Source: a virus (taxonomy: Duplodnaviria; Heunggongvirae; Uroviricota; Caudoviricetes). From it: a stretch of 64,000 nucleotides of DNA. Position numbers and translations under genes: made by a program. Location: IMG/VR virus record IMGVR_UViG_3300017987_005500; one strand, 5' to 3'. The notes beneath the pieces are model-generated. The model did not search any database. It saw only the letters and a list, made by a program, of their open reading frames with translations, and was not told the DNA's origin. Positions 1-9,482 of this stretch are shown in pieces. Positions within the stretch are counted from its first letter, which is position 1. Every line of letters starts with the position of its first letter.

Positions 1-27
1 GATATTTTAATTTGACAACAGGTTGCA

Positions 28-1056
28 TTATTTAATACCTTGTTTTATTTTTCTATTTTCAATAAGTTTTTCAAAATGTTTAACCATTTTTCCCATATTC
101 TCTTCTCTGTTACCCAATTTAAATACTCTCTGTCTTGCTACAGAACCATAATTGAACATTTCATTTCTATTCTTTAATAAATATTCAATTGTATTGTAAA
201 ATGATTCATAGTTATTTTCGGCAATAAGTCCATTCTCTCCACCAACTACATAGTCCTGCATTCCTGACATTGGAGCATTTGTACACACAACTGGGCAACC
301 TGTCAACATTGCCTCAGATGGTGGAATATGTAAACCTTCAAGTGAAGTAGGAGCTAACCATAAATTGATATGATTATAAAATGTATTTTTAGTTTTCTTG
401 TCAGGTCTTTGAAAATATTTATCAATGACTTCAATGTGATGAGGTTGAGATTCATTTCCCATCATCCATAATTGAATTCTATATTTTCTTCTTAGTTTTG
501 TGACTGCATCAATAATCCATTTAACTCTTTTGGTTTGTCTTTTACCACCTTCATTATAAAGACCTCCCAATATAGTTACATCGTTTGTTTTATTTCTAAT
601 TTTCAATTGAGTAAAATCAGCAAGGTCATAACCTGGTCTTATTATTTCAGATAAAAAGTTAAGGTCTTCCAATTTACGTTGAAGACAATTGCTATTTACT
701 ATCTTTTCAGTTGGAGCTTTAAGGACTGAATTGATAATTTGTTTCTCATTCATATTCCATAGCTCAAATCCTCTTATCCAATGTGTTTTCAATCCACATC
801 TTTCAGGGAGTCTTACAGTAGACCTTACAGTACCAAAACCTGTAGCAATTACAATATCAGCATCTGGCACATTATTAAAACTTCTAATAATTTTATGATC
901 AGCAATAAGAGGAGTCCAGGTGTGTTGATTTCTTCCAGTATCAATTATTGTGACTTTGTGTCCCAACTTTTTAAGAGTGTTAGCGGATTTAATGATTGTC
1001 ATAGACCCACCGTTATTTCCAAGAGAACAATTCATTAGATTAAATGTTATTCGCAT
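28..1056 (-). CDS. GT-B glycosyltransferase (GT4-like)
   Basis: N-terminal NGG and 'LKKLGHKV'; C-terminal 'EGLHIPPSEAMLTGCPVV' EX7E motif and 'GENGLI', typical of Glycos_transf_1. Confidence 0.85.
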   Translation of the reverse strand: MRITFNLMNCSLGNNGGSMTIIKSANTLKKLGHKVTIIDTGRNQHTWTPLIADHKIIRSFNNVPDADIVIATGFGTVRSTVRLPERCGLKTHWIRGFELWNMNEKQIINSVLKAPTEKIVNSNCLQRKLEDLNFLSEIIRPGYDLADFTQLKIRNKTNDVTILGGLYNEGGKRQTKRVKWIIDAVTKLRRKYRIQLWMMGNESQPHHIEVIDKYFQRPDKKTKNTFYNHINLWLAPTSLEGLHIPPSEAMLTGCPVVCTNAPMSGMQDYVVGGENGLIAENNYESFYNTIEYLLKNRNEMFNYGSVARQRVFKLGNREENMGKMVKHFEKLIENRKIKQGIK

Positions 1057-1867
1057 TATATTTCTCCTCTAATTCTTTTTGAGTTATCCAACATTTATCT
1101 CGTTTCATAATATTATCTTTCCATGGCAATATTTGAAGGTTTGCTTTATTTCCAATTATTTCAGGTTTAATATTTCTTCTAAATCCTTCTGCTATAGAAA
1201 AAATATGATCAACGTTATAAAAACCATCACCTATTCCTATAGGTAAATTATCAGGATTTATATTTTCTACAGATTGTTTTGTTATAGTTAATACTTTTCT
1301 ATAATAAGCATTGCGTTTTCCAATTTCTTCATCAGTTCTTTTTAAACCTTTCTTAATAAGAGATTCAGAATACATTTTTCTGTATTCTTCTGATAACCAT
1401 CTATCTTTAATTATTTTTGACATATTATCTTTATATTCTTTACTGCTACAAATATATTTATGTTTTATTTTAACATCTTTATCATTCATTGGATTATTAT
1501 TTTTAATAAATAATGAATGATCTGGTCTTTTTCTTCCAAATAATTTACTATTTTCTCCTTTTGGTATTTTTTTACCAATTTGAGATTTAGAATTAACTCT
1601 TCTGTTAATTAAACATTTTCTATGGTTATCATTACAATATAATTTACCTTCACGGGAAATATATTTTGCTATTTGACCACATCCATTTTCGCAAAGGTTG
1701 TTATTAGGATTATTAATTGATTCAAAATTATTTAATTTTCTACCTCTGTTAGATTCACTATTCACTTTTCTTAACCCAGGACATTTATTACAACTTTTTT
1801 CACAACACCATTTACCATTTTTAAATTGATGATTTGCTTTTTGTCCGCATCCATATTCACAAATCAT
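1040..1867 (-). CDS. Free-standing HNH-type endonuclease, 'CEYGCG' family (C-terminal type B)
   Basis: N-terminal 'CEYGCGQKANHQFKNGKWCC', repeated internally as 'CENGCGQ'; C-terminal 'VDHIFS...NLQILPWKDNIMK' HNH core; overlaps both neighbours. Confidence 0.75.
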   Translation of the reverse strand: MICEYGCGQKANHQFKNGKWCCEKSCNKCPGLRKVNSESNRGRKLNNFESINNPNNNLCENGCGQIAKYISREGKLYCNDNHRKCLINRRVNSKSQIGKKIPKGENSKLFGRKRPDHSLFIKNNNPMNDKDVKIKHKYICSSKEYKDNMSKIIKDRWLSEEYRKMYSESLIKKGLKRTDEEIGKRNAYYRKVLTITKQSVENINPDNLPIGIGDGFYNVDHIFSIAEGFRRNIKPEIIGNKANLQILPWKDNIMKRDKCWITQKELEEKYNANNI

Positions 1868-2703
1868 AATTCAAATGTCTCCTTTTTACTAAAATCATAA
1901 TCATTTAATAAATAAATATTTGTATCAAGAGGATTTATTGTTTTGATAAAACTTTCAGAATAATCTCTACATAAATATAATTTAGTACCCAACAATAATG
2001 ATAAATGTGAAGTCTCTGATAAATTAACAGATATTGTAAATAAAGATCTCTTAATAGCTGTGATCAAACATCCTATAAGACTTATTGATGTATCATATTT
2101 AATTGCATTTAAATTTATAAGTTCTCTTGTTGTAAATAATAAATCTGTAAATGAATTAGATGGATCATGTATAATAAATCTTATTTTTTTATCAAGTTCT
2201 CGATCAAGTTTTTCAATATAATAAAATGCTTCTTCGAGATAAAGACCAGATGTATCAACAACAATATGATCAAAATCTCTCATTAAAGATGACATTATTT
2301 TTTCATTGTCAACTCTTGGATTAAAATCATATAACATTTTTTCTTTTGGAAATTGCCATTTGATTAATGATCTCTTTCCAAATATATCAGGATAAAAATG
2401 TTCTTTAGCTTTATAATGTGCTCTATATTTTCTCTCAAATATATGAACCATTTTCTTATAATTTTCTTGTGTAATGCCTTTAAGATTAAAATTTTGTTGA
2501 AGGTTTATGTTATCATTATTAATTCTTAAAGGCACTAAAATATCAGCATAAGAACCATATAAATCAAAACGCTCAGGTCTTGTATACACAAGTATGTTAT
2601 GATCCGGAAATTTATGTTTAAGATGAATCGCATAAGGAGCAAATCTAAATAATTCCCAAGATAAACTTCCTATAAATGGTCCAAATAAAAATGCTGGTTT
2701 CAT
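1864..2703 (-). CDS. GT9-like (heptosyltransferase-like) glycosyltransferase; paralog of 3340..4242
   Basis: Shares 'GP..G.L.W...R.AP.A' and 'FDLYG..ADILVPL.I' with 3340..4242; C-terminal 'SHLSLLLGT' resembles the GT9 'HLA.ALG' motif. Confidence 0.55.
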   Translation of the reverse strand: MKPAFLFGPFIGSLSWELFRFAPYAIHLKHKFPDHNILVYTRPERFDLYGSYADILVPLRINNDNINLQQNFNLKGITQENYKKMVHIFERKYRAHYKAKEHFYPDIFGKRSLIKWQFPKEKMLYDFNPRVDNEKIMSSLMRDFDHIVVDTSGLYLEEAFYYIEKLDRELDKKIRFIIHDPSNSFTDLLFTTRELINLNAIKYDTSISLIGCLITAIKRSLFTISVNLSETSHLSLLLGTKLYLCRDYSESFIKTINPLDTNIYLLNDYDFSKKETFEL

Positions 2704-2903
2704 TTTTTATCCTTTATTTCTATTTTATCTACAAAACCTTCAATTTTAAAAGTACCATTTTCTTGTTTAACAACTCTACCTAAAAACATAACTTCATCTG
2801 AATAATCAAAATGTATATCTGTACATTTCATTTCTGCTTCAAATTTATCTGTTTTAAAGATTATAGTTGCTTTATCATATATTTTAGTATCGCTCATGAT
2901 CAT
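2700..2903 (-). CDS. Hypothetical protein
   Basis: Short ORF in the operon with ATGA overlap and RBS. Confidence 0.5.
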   Translation of the reverse strand: MIMSDTKIYDKATIIFKTDKFEAEMKCTDIHFDYSDEVMFLGRVVKQENGTFKIEGFVDKIEIKDKK

Positions 2904-2906
2904 TCC

Positions 2907-3335
2907 TTAGTCAGTAATGACATCTTCATCTTTCATAATTTTAATATCATTTTCCAATTTCGATATTGTTACTTCAGCTTCAATTTGTTCAGTTTCACGC
3001 TCTTTATTTATTCTATCAATCGTTTCAGTTAATTCAGTTACCATTTTTTCATGAGCGATTGTTTTTTCTTTAACTGTATCATTCAGCTCTTGAATTGCAT
3101 CCTTGAATGAATTTATTTCAAGTCTAACGCTTTTCAATTCATCAACTTCAAGTTGAGCTTTCTCAAGAGCAAATACTAAACCCTGCAATACAAAAATGAT
3201 TTCTGTATAATTGACATCACCCTCATATGTATTTTGAAATCTCTTTTCCTCAATGACAGTCAATATATCTTTAACACGAGGTCCATAAGAATTCCACCAT
3301 TCATTCTGACATTTTAATTCTCTCATTTTAGCCAT
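2907..3335 (-). CDS. Coiled-coil hypothetical protein
   Basis: 142 aa, heptad-like E/K/L pattern, in operon. Confidence 0.6.
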   Translation of the reverse strand: MAKMRELKCQNEWWNSYGPRVKDILTVIEEKRFQNTYEGDVNYTEIIFVLQGLVFALEKAQLEVDELKSVRLEINSFKDAIQELNDTVKEKTIAHEKMVTELTETIDRINKERETEQIEAEVTISKLENDIKIMKDEDVITD

Positions 3336-3339
3336 TTAT

Positions 3340-4242
3340 TCACCCCTTCTTTTTTAATAGTTTATTCATAGTGTTGAATACTTTCTTTGGATCTAGATTA
3401 AATTTCATGTCATCTAAAAAAGTAATCGGCGTATTTGTATAATTATAAGTCTTAGTATGAAGCATTCTTTGATTGCCCCATTCTAAAACATCTGTACTTA
3501 ATAACAATGATAAATTGGGTATTGCTGATTGAGAACCAACTGTTAAAACAGAATTATAAACAATTGATATTGTCAAACCTATTAAAGAGCTGTTATCATT
3601 TATAGGAATTTTATTAATATCAAAAAATCTATTCTTTTCATCAGGTTTATATTCAGGACTTCTTCCTATTATAATAAATTCAAATCTATTTGGTAAATCA
3701 CTATCCCAAATCATATCATAAAAAGTTTGCCAATGATTCCAATTCCTTCTAAATCCTTTTCTAAATCTTGGAGATATAACAACCCAAGGTTTATCTTTTG
3801 AAATATATTTATCAACTAACTTTTTATTTTCAACTCTTGGTTTAAATTTAGCAAGTAATTGATTTTGAGGAAATTGATTCTTTTGTGTGAATTGTTTTCC
3901 TGCTATCTTTGGATATATATGATCAACTATTTGATATTTTTTATTATATTTTCCATTAAATCTTTTAATGATTTTTTCATAATTTTCAAGTGGATAACCA
4001 TCTAATCTAAAACAATTCGGTTTGTATTTTATAAAATCTCCCTCTATTTTTAATGGAACTAATATATCAGCATGTTTACCATATAAGTCAAACTCTTGTT
4101 CTCTACATAAAACTATAAGTTTTACTTGATTGTTATATTGTTTTATTTTTTTCCATAAAGCATGTGGAGCAACTCTAAGAATATGCCACCCTAATTCAGA
4201 ACATATTGGACCGCACAGAATAGCTTTTTCTTTCATATACAT
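3340..4242 (-). CDS. GT9-like glycosyltransferase
   Basis: 'VVISPR...RRNW..W', 'TVGSQSAIPNLSLLL' resemble the GT9 C-domain; paralog of 1864..2703. Confidence 0.6.
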   Translation of the reverse strand: MYMKEKAILCGPICSELGWHILRVAPHALWKKIKQYNNQVKLIVLCREQEFDLYGKHADILVPLKIEGDFIKYKPNCFRLDGYPLENYEKIIKRFNGKYNKKYQIVDHIYPKIAGKQFTQKNQFPQNQLLAKFKPRVENKKLVDKYISKDKPWVVISPRFRKGFRRNWNHWQTFYDMIWDSDLPNRFEFIIIGRSPEYKPDEKNRFFDINKIPINDNSSLIGLTISIVYNSVLTVGSQSAIPNLSLLLSTDVLEWGNQRMLHTKTYNYTNTPITFLDDMKFNLDPKKVFNTMNKLLKKKG

Positions 4243-4633
4243 ACCTTTTGTGCTAATTTACCAGTTGAGCATTCATCTTTATGACCTTTTGAATAATGAC
4301 ATTTTTCACAACAAGCAATTCCAAAGTCAGGATCTAATGAGAAAAATGGTTCAAGTTTTTGAGGTCTTGAATGATGAGCATGATTTGCTTTTTCTCCACA
4401 ATATTCACATTTGTAATTAGACCTTTTTAAAACTTCCCTTCTCCATATATTATATTCTTCAGCTGTATAATATTCTTCTTTGATAATTCCAGCTTTTATT
4501 TTGCATTGTTTATCAAGTTGACTAGTCTTTATATTATATAAGGACATCTATTCCAATTATCTTCACAACACCACTTACCATTTTTAAACATATATTTTGC
4601 TTCTTGATTACAACCATATTCACAAAGTCTCAT
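4233..4633 (-). pseudogene. Internally deleted, frameshifted 'CEYGCG' HNH endonuclease
   Basis: 4633..4529 encodes MRLCEYGCNQEAKYMFKNGKWCCEDNWNRCPYII*; another frame (4547..4233) encodes an HNH C-terminus closely matching that of 18510..19520. Confidence 0.8.
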
Positions 4634-4920
4634 TACCATTTACCTTTTGCTTTCCTCTTTTTAATCTCACTTGATAACTGTGTTCTTATATTACCTATAC
4701 AAGGATTTTTTATTTTACCCATACGAAATCCCGTTCCTGTAAGATAATTTATTGTTATTCTTATTTTATCATTAGACGTTTTATTAATAGGTCCTAAATA
4801 AGTTTTAAGTTGTTTACAACACCAGTCTGGTTTAAGATTCCATTGTCCTACTAAAGATTGTCTTATACTTTGCCATTCTTTATTTTTGACAAGGTCTTTT
4901 ATACTTTTTTTACCAGTCAT
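4633..4920 (-). CDS. Basic hypothetical protein
   Basis: Likely start MTGKK at 4920 after AAGGA; stop overlaps the next ATG. Confidence 0.6.
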   Translation of the reverse strand: MTGKKSIKDLVKNKEWQSIRQSLVGQWNLKPDWCCKQLKTYLGPINKTSNDKIRITINYLTGTGFRMGKIKNPCIGNIRTQLSSEIKKRKAKGKW

Positions 4921-5725
4921 TATGTAGTTCCTTCTTATTAACAATATATTTATAAAATTCATCAAATTTCATTTTATCAATATTTGTATTTTGTTTCTCA
5001 AATTTTATGTCTTTATGTCTATTTTTTGTTAAAGCATTGCATACAGAACCTGCCATTCTTCCACAGTGAATACCTAATTTAGTTGAGAGTCCGAGAATAT
5101 ATCTATCTCCGCCTGCTGCCTGAGAAAGTTTTCTCCAATAAACTTGATCATGTCTTTTATTATGATTTACAAGTTCCCTTAAATCTAAATATCCAACGTC
5201 TCTAAAGAAGTTATTTCTTACACACCATAAAGCTGACCCACCAAGTTTACCTGCCATAGCATCTAACCCAGCGATTTTATAAGGAAGTTTTTGACCATTC
5301 CTAATACCACCAGGACGTTGACCAATCACTTTTATATTTTTCAACTTATATTTATTAACTTCTTTCCAAGCAGCTCTAAGAGTTTTATCCCAACCAGGTC
5401 TTACAATAATATCATTATCTAAAAATACTAAAAACATAATATTATCTTTTTCAGGATCTTGTTCATGTACAGCTCCAAAATTATTACATGCTGAAGCTTT
5501 TGAAAATGCTTTAAATGTTGATGTTGCTGTATTAAAAGTTACTTGAGCAACTTTTCCTTTAGATAATAATTTATGATAATAATTAAAATGCTCATCCAAT
5601 TTATGATTAGTTAAATTATCATAAAGATAAATTTGATGAGGAATTTTAGAATGTAATCTTAATGCCTCTAAGCATTTTTTTGTAATTGCTAATCTATTTC
5701 GGACAGTTATCATTATCTTGTACAT
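4910..5725 (-). CDS. GT-A glycosyltransferase (GT2-like)
   Basis: 'ITVRNR', 'LYDN', 'VFLDND' DxD motif, 'VGYLD'. Confidence 0.8.
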   Translation of the reverse strand: MYKIMITVRNRLAITKKCLEALRLHSKIPHQIYLYDNLTNHKLDEHFNYYHKLLSKGKVAQVTFNTATSTFKAFSKASACNNFGAVHEQDPEKDNIMFLVFLDNDIIVRPGWDKTLRAAWKEVNKYKLKNIKVIGQRPGGIRNGQKLPYKIAGLDAMAGKLGGSALWCVRNNFFRDVGYLDLRELVNHNKRHDQVYWRKLSQAAGGDRYILGLSTKLGIHCGRMAGSVCNALTKNRHKDIKFEKQNTNIDKMKFDEFYKYIVNKKELHNDW

Positions 5726-5738
5726 AGTATATCCTTAT

Positions 5739-6074
5739 TTACTCAAAATTAAATTCATAATGTATGTTAACATTTGTACCATTGCCAACTTTTACAGGTC
5801 TGAATTCTCTGCACATAAAAATATTCATTTCCTCAATTTTAAATTCTATAGAATCAATAAACTTAATTTCATCACTGTATATATTAACATCGAAAGATAC
5901 TTGTTTAATATTAATAGGAACCATTTTACTTAATACCTGAGTTCCATCTATATAAAATATAGCTTCTGTTTTATAAACATCACTTTTATCTTCTTCTGTT
6001 AAAAACCAATCTTTAAAAGATTTATATGATCTTATTGTAATTTTAAAATTGTTTATCTCAACCTTACTGAACAT
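5739..6074 (-). CDS. Hypothetical protein
   Basis: 111-aa ORF in operon, overlapping the upstream gene. Confidence 0.55.
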   Translation of the reverse strand: MFSKVEINNFKITIRSYKSFKDWFLTEEDKSDVYKTEAIFYIDGTQVLSKMVPINIKQVSFDVNIYSDEIKFIDSIEFKIEEMNIFMCREFRPVKVGNGTNVNIHYEFNFE

Positions 6075-7353
6075 GTGCCATTGCTTTATTAACTTTCTCT
6101 TCTAATTCATCAAATGGAAAGTCATCAAAACAAATTCCATGATCGTCAATTGCATTTTTACATGGGAGATGTCCATGAATATAGCAGGGTGCGCAAGATA
6201 CTTTATTGCATTCTATGCTATCTGCTAAATCTCCATAAGTTGAAATTCTTACTTTTGATGGGAAGGGACCATATAATGTCAAGGATCTTTTTCCTAAAGA
6301 TGCTGCAATATGGACAAGTGCGGAGTCAATTGAAAGGACTAAACTTGAATGTGCCGCTAAGGCAATTGTTGAATCTAATGTTTCAGAGAATGGTGCATAA
6401 TTAAATACACGCTCTCTATTTTCTTTTGAGATAAAAGTCTCAATGAAATTTTCGATACCACTCTCAAATCTCTTATTATCAGTTATTACAATATTATACC
6501 CTTTGCTTGCAAGAAGATCTAATGCTTTTCCCCATACTTGAGGTCTTGGTGTTCTTATTGGAGAACTTGCTCTTAATTGAGCTAATATAAAAGGTTTATC
6601 ATTAATTCCCCATGACCACAAAGCACCTCTTGCTTTTTCAAACCATTCTTTTTTAGCTTCTTGTTTTGGTATAAGTTTTTCATCAGGAAGGTCTAATCCC
6701 ATCCATTGTGTAAAAAGTCTATATGCGTTGACTTCCTTAGCTTCCTCACATCTCTCAATAACTCCCTCAAATGTAACATGATAATCTGAGCGAACCATTT
6801 GAAGATAATTAAATGGAAGATCGACTAATTTATCTATACAATCCCATGTCTCAACCATTGCATGATATTGAGGTCCACATGCAAATAAGATTTCAGACGT
6901 TGGATATTTTTCCTTAAGATGAATCATATTAGGTTGGATAAATAATAAATCACCTATCCCGCCTGTTCTCCATATGAGGAGACGCTTATTATCTAAGTTT
7001 TCTCCTCTATATGGTTTATAAAGTTTCTCAAATTTTGTATTACATGGTCTTAAAACTTTGGCACCAAAATGATCATTATAATGAAGTTGTCTATATACGC
7101 TCAAGCTCATGACATATTTATTTTTCTTTTTCAAAACTTGAGTCTTAAATTTATTTTGCATAAATTCGCATTGACGTTTACATTCTGCTACAATCATATT
7201 AGGACCGTGATCTCTTAACGTATTTAAATTTGGAACATGAGCATATACTTGATCTCTTTCAATTCCAAATTTTCTAAATTCTTCAGAAGGAATTGGTTTC
7301 CCTTCTAATTTTCGATTCGCTACATCGGGCATTAAACTTTTCATGGTATTCAT
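6064..7353 (-). CDS. GT9 ADP-heptose heptosyltransferase-like protein with N-terminal extension
   Basis: 'RTGGIGDLL', 'SIDSALVHIAASLG...LYGP' and C-terminal 'CAPC..C..C' are GT9 (WaaC/WaaF family) signatures. Confidence 0.85.
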   Translation of the reverse strand: MNTMKSLMPDVANRKLEGKPIPSEEFRKFGIERDQVYAHVPNLNTLRDHGPNMIVAECKRQCEFMQNKFKTQVLKKKNKYVMSLSVYRQLHYNDHFGAKVLRPCNTKFEKLYKPYRGENLDNKRLLIWRTGGIGDLLFIQPNMIHLKEKYPTSEILFACGPQYHAMVETWDCIDKLVDLPFNYLQMVRSDYHVTFEGVIERCEEAKEVNAYRLFTQWMGLDLPDEKLIPKQEAKKEWFEKARGALWSWGINDKPFILAQLRASSPIRTPRPQVWGKALDLLASKGYNIVITDNKRFESGIENFIETFISKENRERVFNYAPFSETLDSTIALAAHSSLVLSIDSALVHIAASLGKRSLTLYGPFPSKVRISTYGDLADSIECNKVSCAPCYIHGHLPCKNAIDDHGICFDDFPFDELEEKVNKAMAHVQ

Positions 7354-7380
7354 CCTTCATAAGTTTTAAATATTCACGTA

Positions 7381-7788
7381 TTATTTTTTGAGATTCATCA
7401 TAGTCTTTTTATATTTTGCTTTAATTCTTTCTTGTTCTCCTTCTGACATATCAACTTGAGATTTTTGTACAATGTCTGCTGCAATTTTACCTGCTGCGGA
7501 ATCATAATCTTCATTTAAAATATCTTTTGCGAATCCCATAAATGATTCAGTGACTTCCTTTTCAATATCCTTCAAAGTCTTTTCAGGATTTTCTTCAGGA
7601 ACATCATCAACTTCATTTCTATCTGGTTCTGGGAAATCGCTTCTTTTGTCAGCTTCAAGAAATGTATCAACCATATCTAAAGCTGAATCAATTGTATTTT
7701 CAGCTGTAACTTCTTTCTTTTCAGCTGCAACAGTCTTATCCTCTTTTGTTCCATAATTTTCTTGTAATTTTTGTGCTAAGTCACTCAT
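7381..7788 (-). CDS. Acidic protein, possibly internal head/scaffold protein
   Basis: Strong GGAGG RBS; acidic with several L/V-x-E motifs; directly downstream of a GAACA motif. Function is inferred. Confidence 0.45.
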   Translation of the reverse strand: MSDLAQKLQENYGTKEDKTVAAEKKEVTAENTIDSALDMVDTFLEADKRSDFPEPDRNEVDDVPEENPEKTLKDIEKEVTESFMGFAKDILNEDYDSAAGKIAADIVQKSQVDMSEGEQERIKAKYKKTMMNLKK

Positions 7789-7843
7789 AATTTCCTCCTG
7801 GTTTTATAGTAAATCTTTCATCATGTGCTACAATAAAAGTTAT

Positions 7844-7860
7844 CATTTATTTGTTCTTAA
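7844..7860 (-). promoter_or_regulatory. Putative phage promoter, GAACA class
   Basis: Reverse complement reads TTAAGAACAAATAAATG (AACA-N6-TG), intergenic and oriented toward the glycosyltransferase operon. Confidence 0.6.
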
Positions 7861-7865
7861 TATTA

Positions 7866-8939
7866 TTACTTGATTCCAATATCTGACATAGTCTTAACAA
7901 GGAGTCCACTTGAAATTGCAGTTTGTGGATTTTTTGCCATTCTTATTGAAGAAACATCAAATGGTAATTCATATTTTTTAATTGTCTCTTTGAAAAGTTC
8001 TAAAAATCCAGGGACTGAAGAAGTTCCTCCCGCTATTACAATAGGAATATCCTCATCAAGTTCTAAATCAAAATTTTCATTAAATTGTGATATTATATTT
8101 TTAACTGTGTAATTCATCAATGCAGAGTAATAATATGTTAGCGCTTCTAAGACTCTACGTCGTTTTTTATTTTTTTCTGTGCTAAATCCTTTACTTAAAT
8201 CTAAATATCTTTCTTTAATATTTGTAACTCGATTTGGAGTTATACCTAAATCGTTTGCTACATTTGTGTCTATCCAATCTCCAGATCTTGAAGTTGAAAA
8301 TGTAAATGCTTCAACTGCCTTATATGCGCAACATACATTACACATTCCAGCTCCAAATGATAATCCTATTCCAGAGAATTTCTCTTTAGCACATTCAGAA
8401 TAAATAACTGCCATTGCTTCATTACAACTTGTGTGATTAACTCCAATTGCGCCAAGTATTCTTGTGAATACCTTTTCATGATATGTTACACTTCTGTCCA
8501 TATCAATTGCTTCAGCAGGAACTGAATATGAACAATATACATCTTTATCTTTAACATTCCCAAACATATTTTTAATTATAAGAGCAAGAACATCAACTGC
8601 ATCAAGTTCGCTTGGAGAAATCATTCCTTTCTCCATAGGACGAGACACAGGTTTATTAAAAAGATTTGCCATTTTAAAAGCGTCATCTCCAATAATATAT
8701 GTATTCCCATCTTCAGATTTAATATGAGATAAGTCTGAAAATTCAGATATTGAAACTTCATCTGTATCAATTGATAAAAACATATTTCTTGTTATATTTG
8801 CAGAAGTCGGTTTATCTGAAGTTGATAAAATAATAGTCATTGTACCAATGTCCAAACCAGCTGCTATTTTTTTATTCTTTGTGGTTTTTGGTTTCTTTCG
8901 AGTATCTTCGTTTGGGTCCGTTATAATATCATCTGTCAT
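7866..8939 (-). CDS. Actin-like (ASKHA; MreB/ParM-like) ATPase
   Basis: Phosphate-1 'GLDIGT', connect 'NEAMA', phosphate-2 'SFGAGMCN', adenosine 'IAGGTS'. Confidence 0.85.
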   Translation of the reverse strand: MTDDIITDPNEDTRKKPKTTKNKKIAAGLDIGTMTIILSTSDKPTSANITRNMFLSIDTDEVSISEFSDLSHIKSEDGNTYIIGDDAFKMANLFNKPVSRPMEKGMISPSELDAVDVLALIIKNMFGNVKDKDVYCSYSVPAEAIDMDRSVTYHEKVFTRILGAIGVNHTSCNEAMAVIYSECAKEKFSGIGLSFGAGMCNVCCAYKAVEAFTFSTSRSGDWIDTNVANDLGITPNRVTNIKERYLDLSKGFSTEKNKKRRRVLEALTYYYSALMNYTVKNIISQFNENFDLELDEDIPIVIAGGTSSVPGFLELFKETIKKYELPFDVSSIRMAKNPQTAISSGLLVKTMSDIGIK

Positions 8940-9472
8940 TCTTTATCTCCTTTTAATTCACGTAATATATCAGCACTCTCAGAAATATCAGACTCTACAT
9001 ATATTTCTTCTGATTTTGTATCAGATATTTCCATTCCGTCTAAACTAATCTCTGGTACAAATTCATCATCATCTAATGATTCAATTTTAGGTCCTGTTGA
9101 AACTGTTTTACTGAAAGATTTTTTGGGTTTAATGACTCCGCCTTCCATTAATTTATTCATCCCATCCATCAATAATTCAAATTTTCTATTTAATTTAGAT
9201 AATTCTTTTGAGCTAACACCATCTTTAATTCTTTGTACAATAACTTTTTCTGGTTTTTTAGCTTTAGCAATTTTTGTATTTTTCGGAAGAGTTTTAATTA
9301 CTTGAGGTTTTTCATCCTCAACTATTTGATATTTTGAAAGTCCATTCATTTTCAATGCTACAATAACTAAATTAATATCAACTCCAGATATCTCAATATT
9401 ACATGGAGTTCGTACCAATCCAACTCTTGGTAATGTAAATGAGCATCCTGGATCTTTAACTATAAGTCTCAT
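8936..9472 (-). CDS. Hypothetical protein coupled to the actin-like gene
   Basis: ATGA overlap with 7866..8939; basic middle, short coiled coil, acidic tail. Confidence 0.6.
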   Translation of the reverse strand: MRLIVKDPGCSFTLPRVGLVRTPCNIEISGVDINLVIVALKMNGLSKYQIVEDEKPQVIKTLPKNTKIAKAKKPEKVIVQRIKDGVSSKELSKLNRKFELLMDGMNKLMEGGVIKPKKSFSKTVSTGPKIESLDDDEFVPEISLDGMEISDTKSEEIYVESDISESADILRELKGDKE

Positions 9473-9482
9473 AATTTAATTC

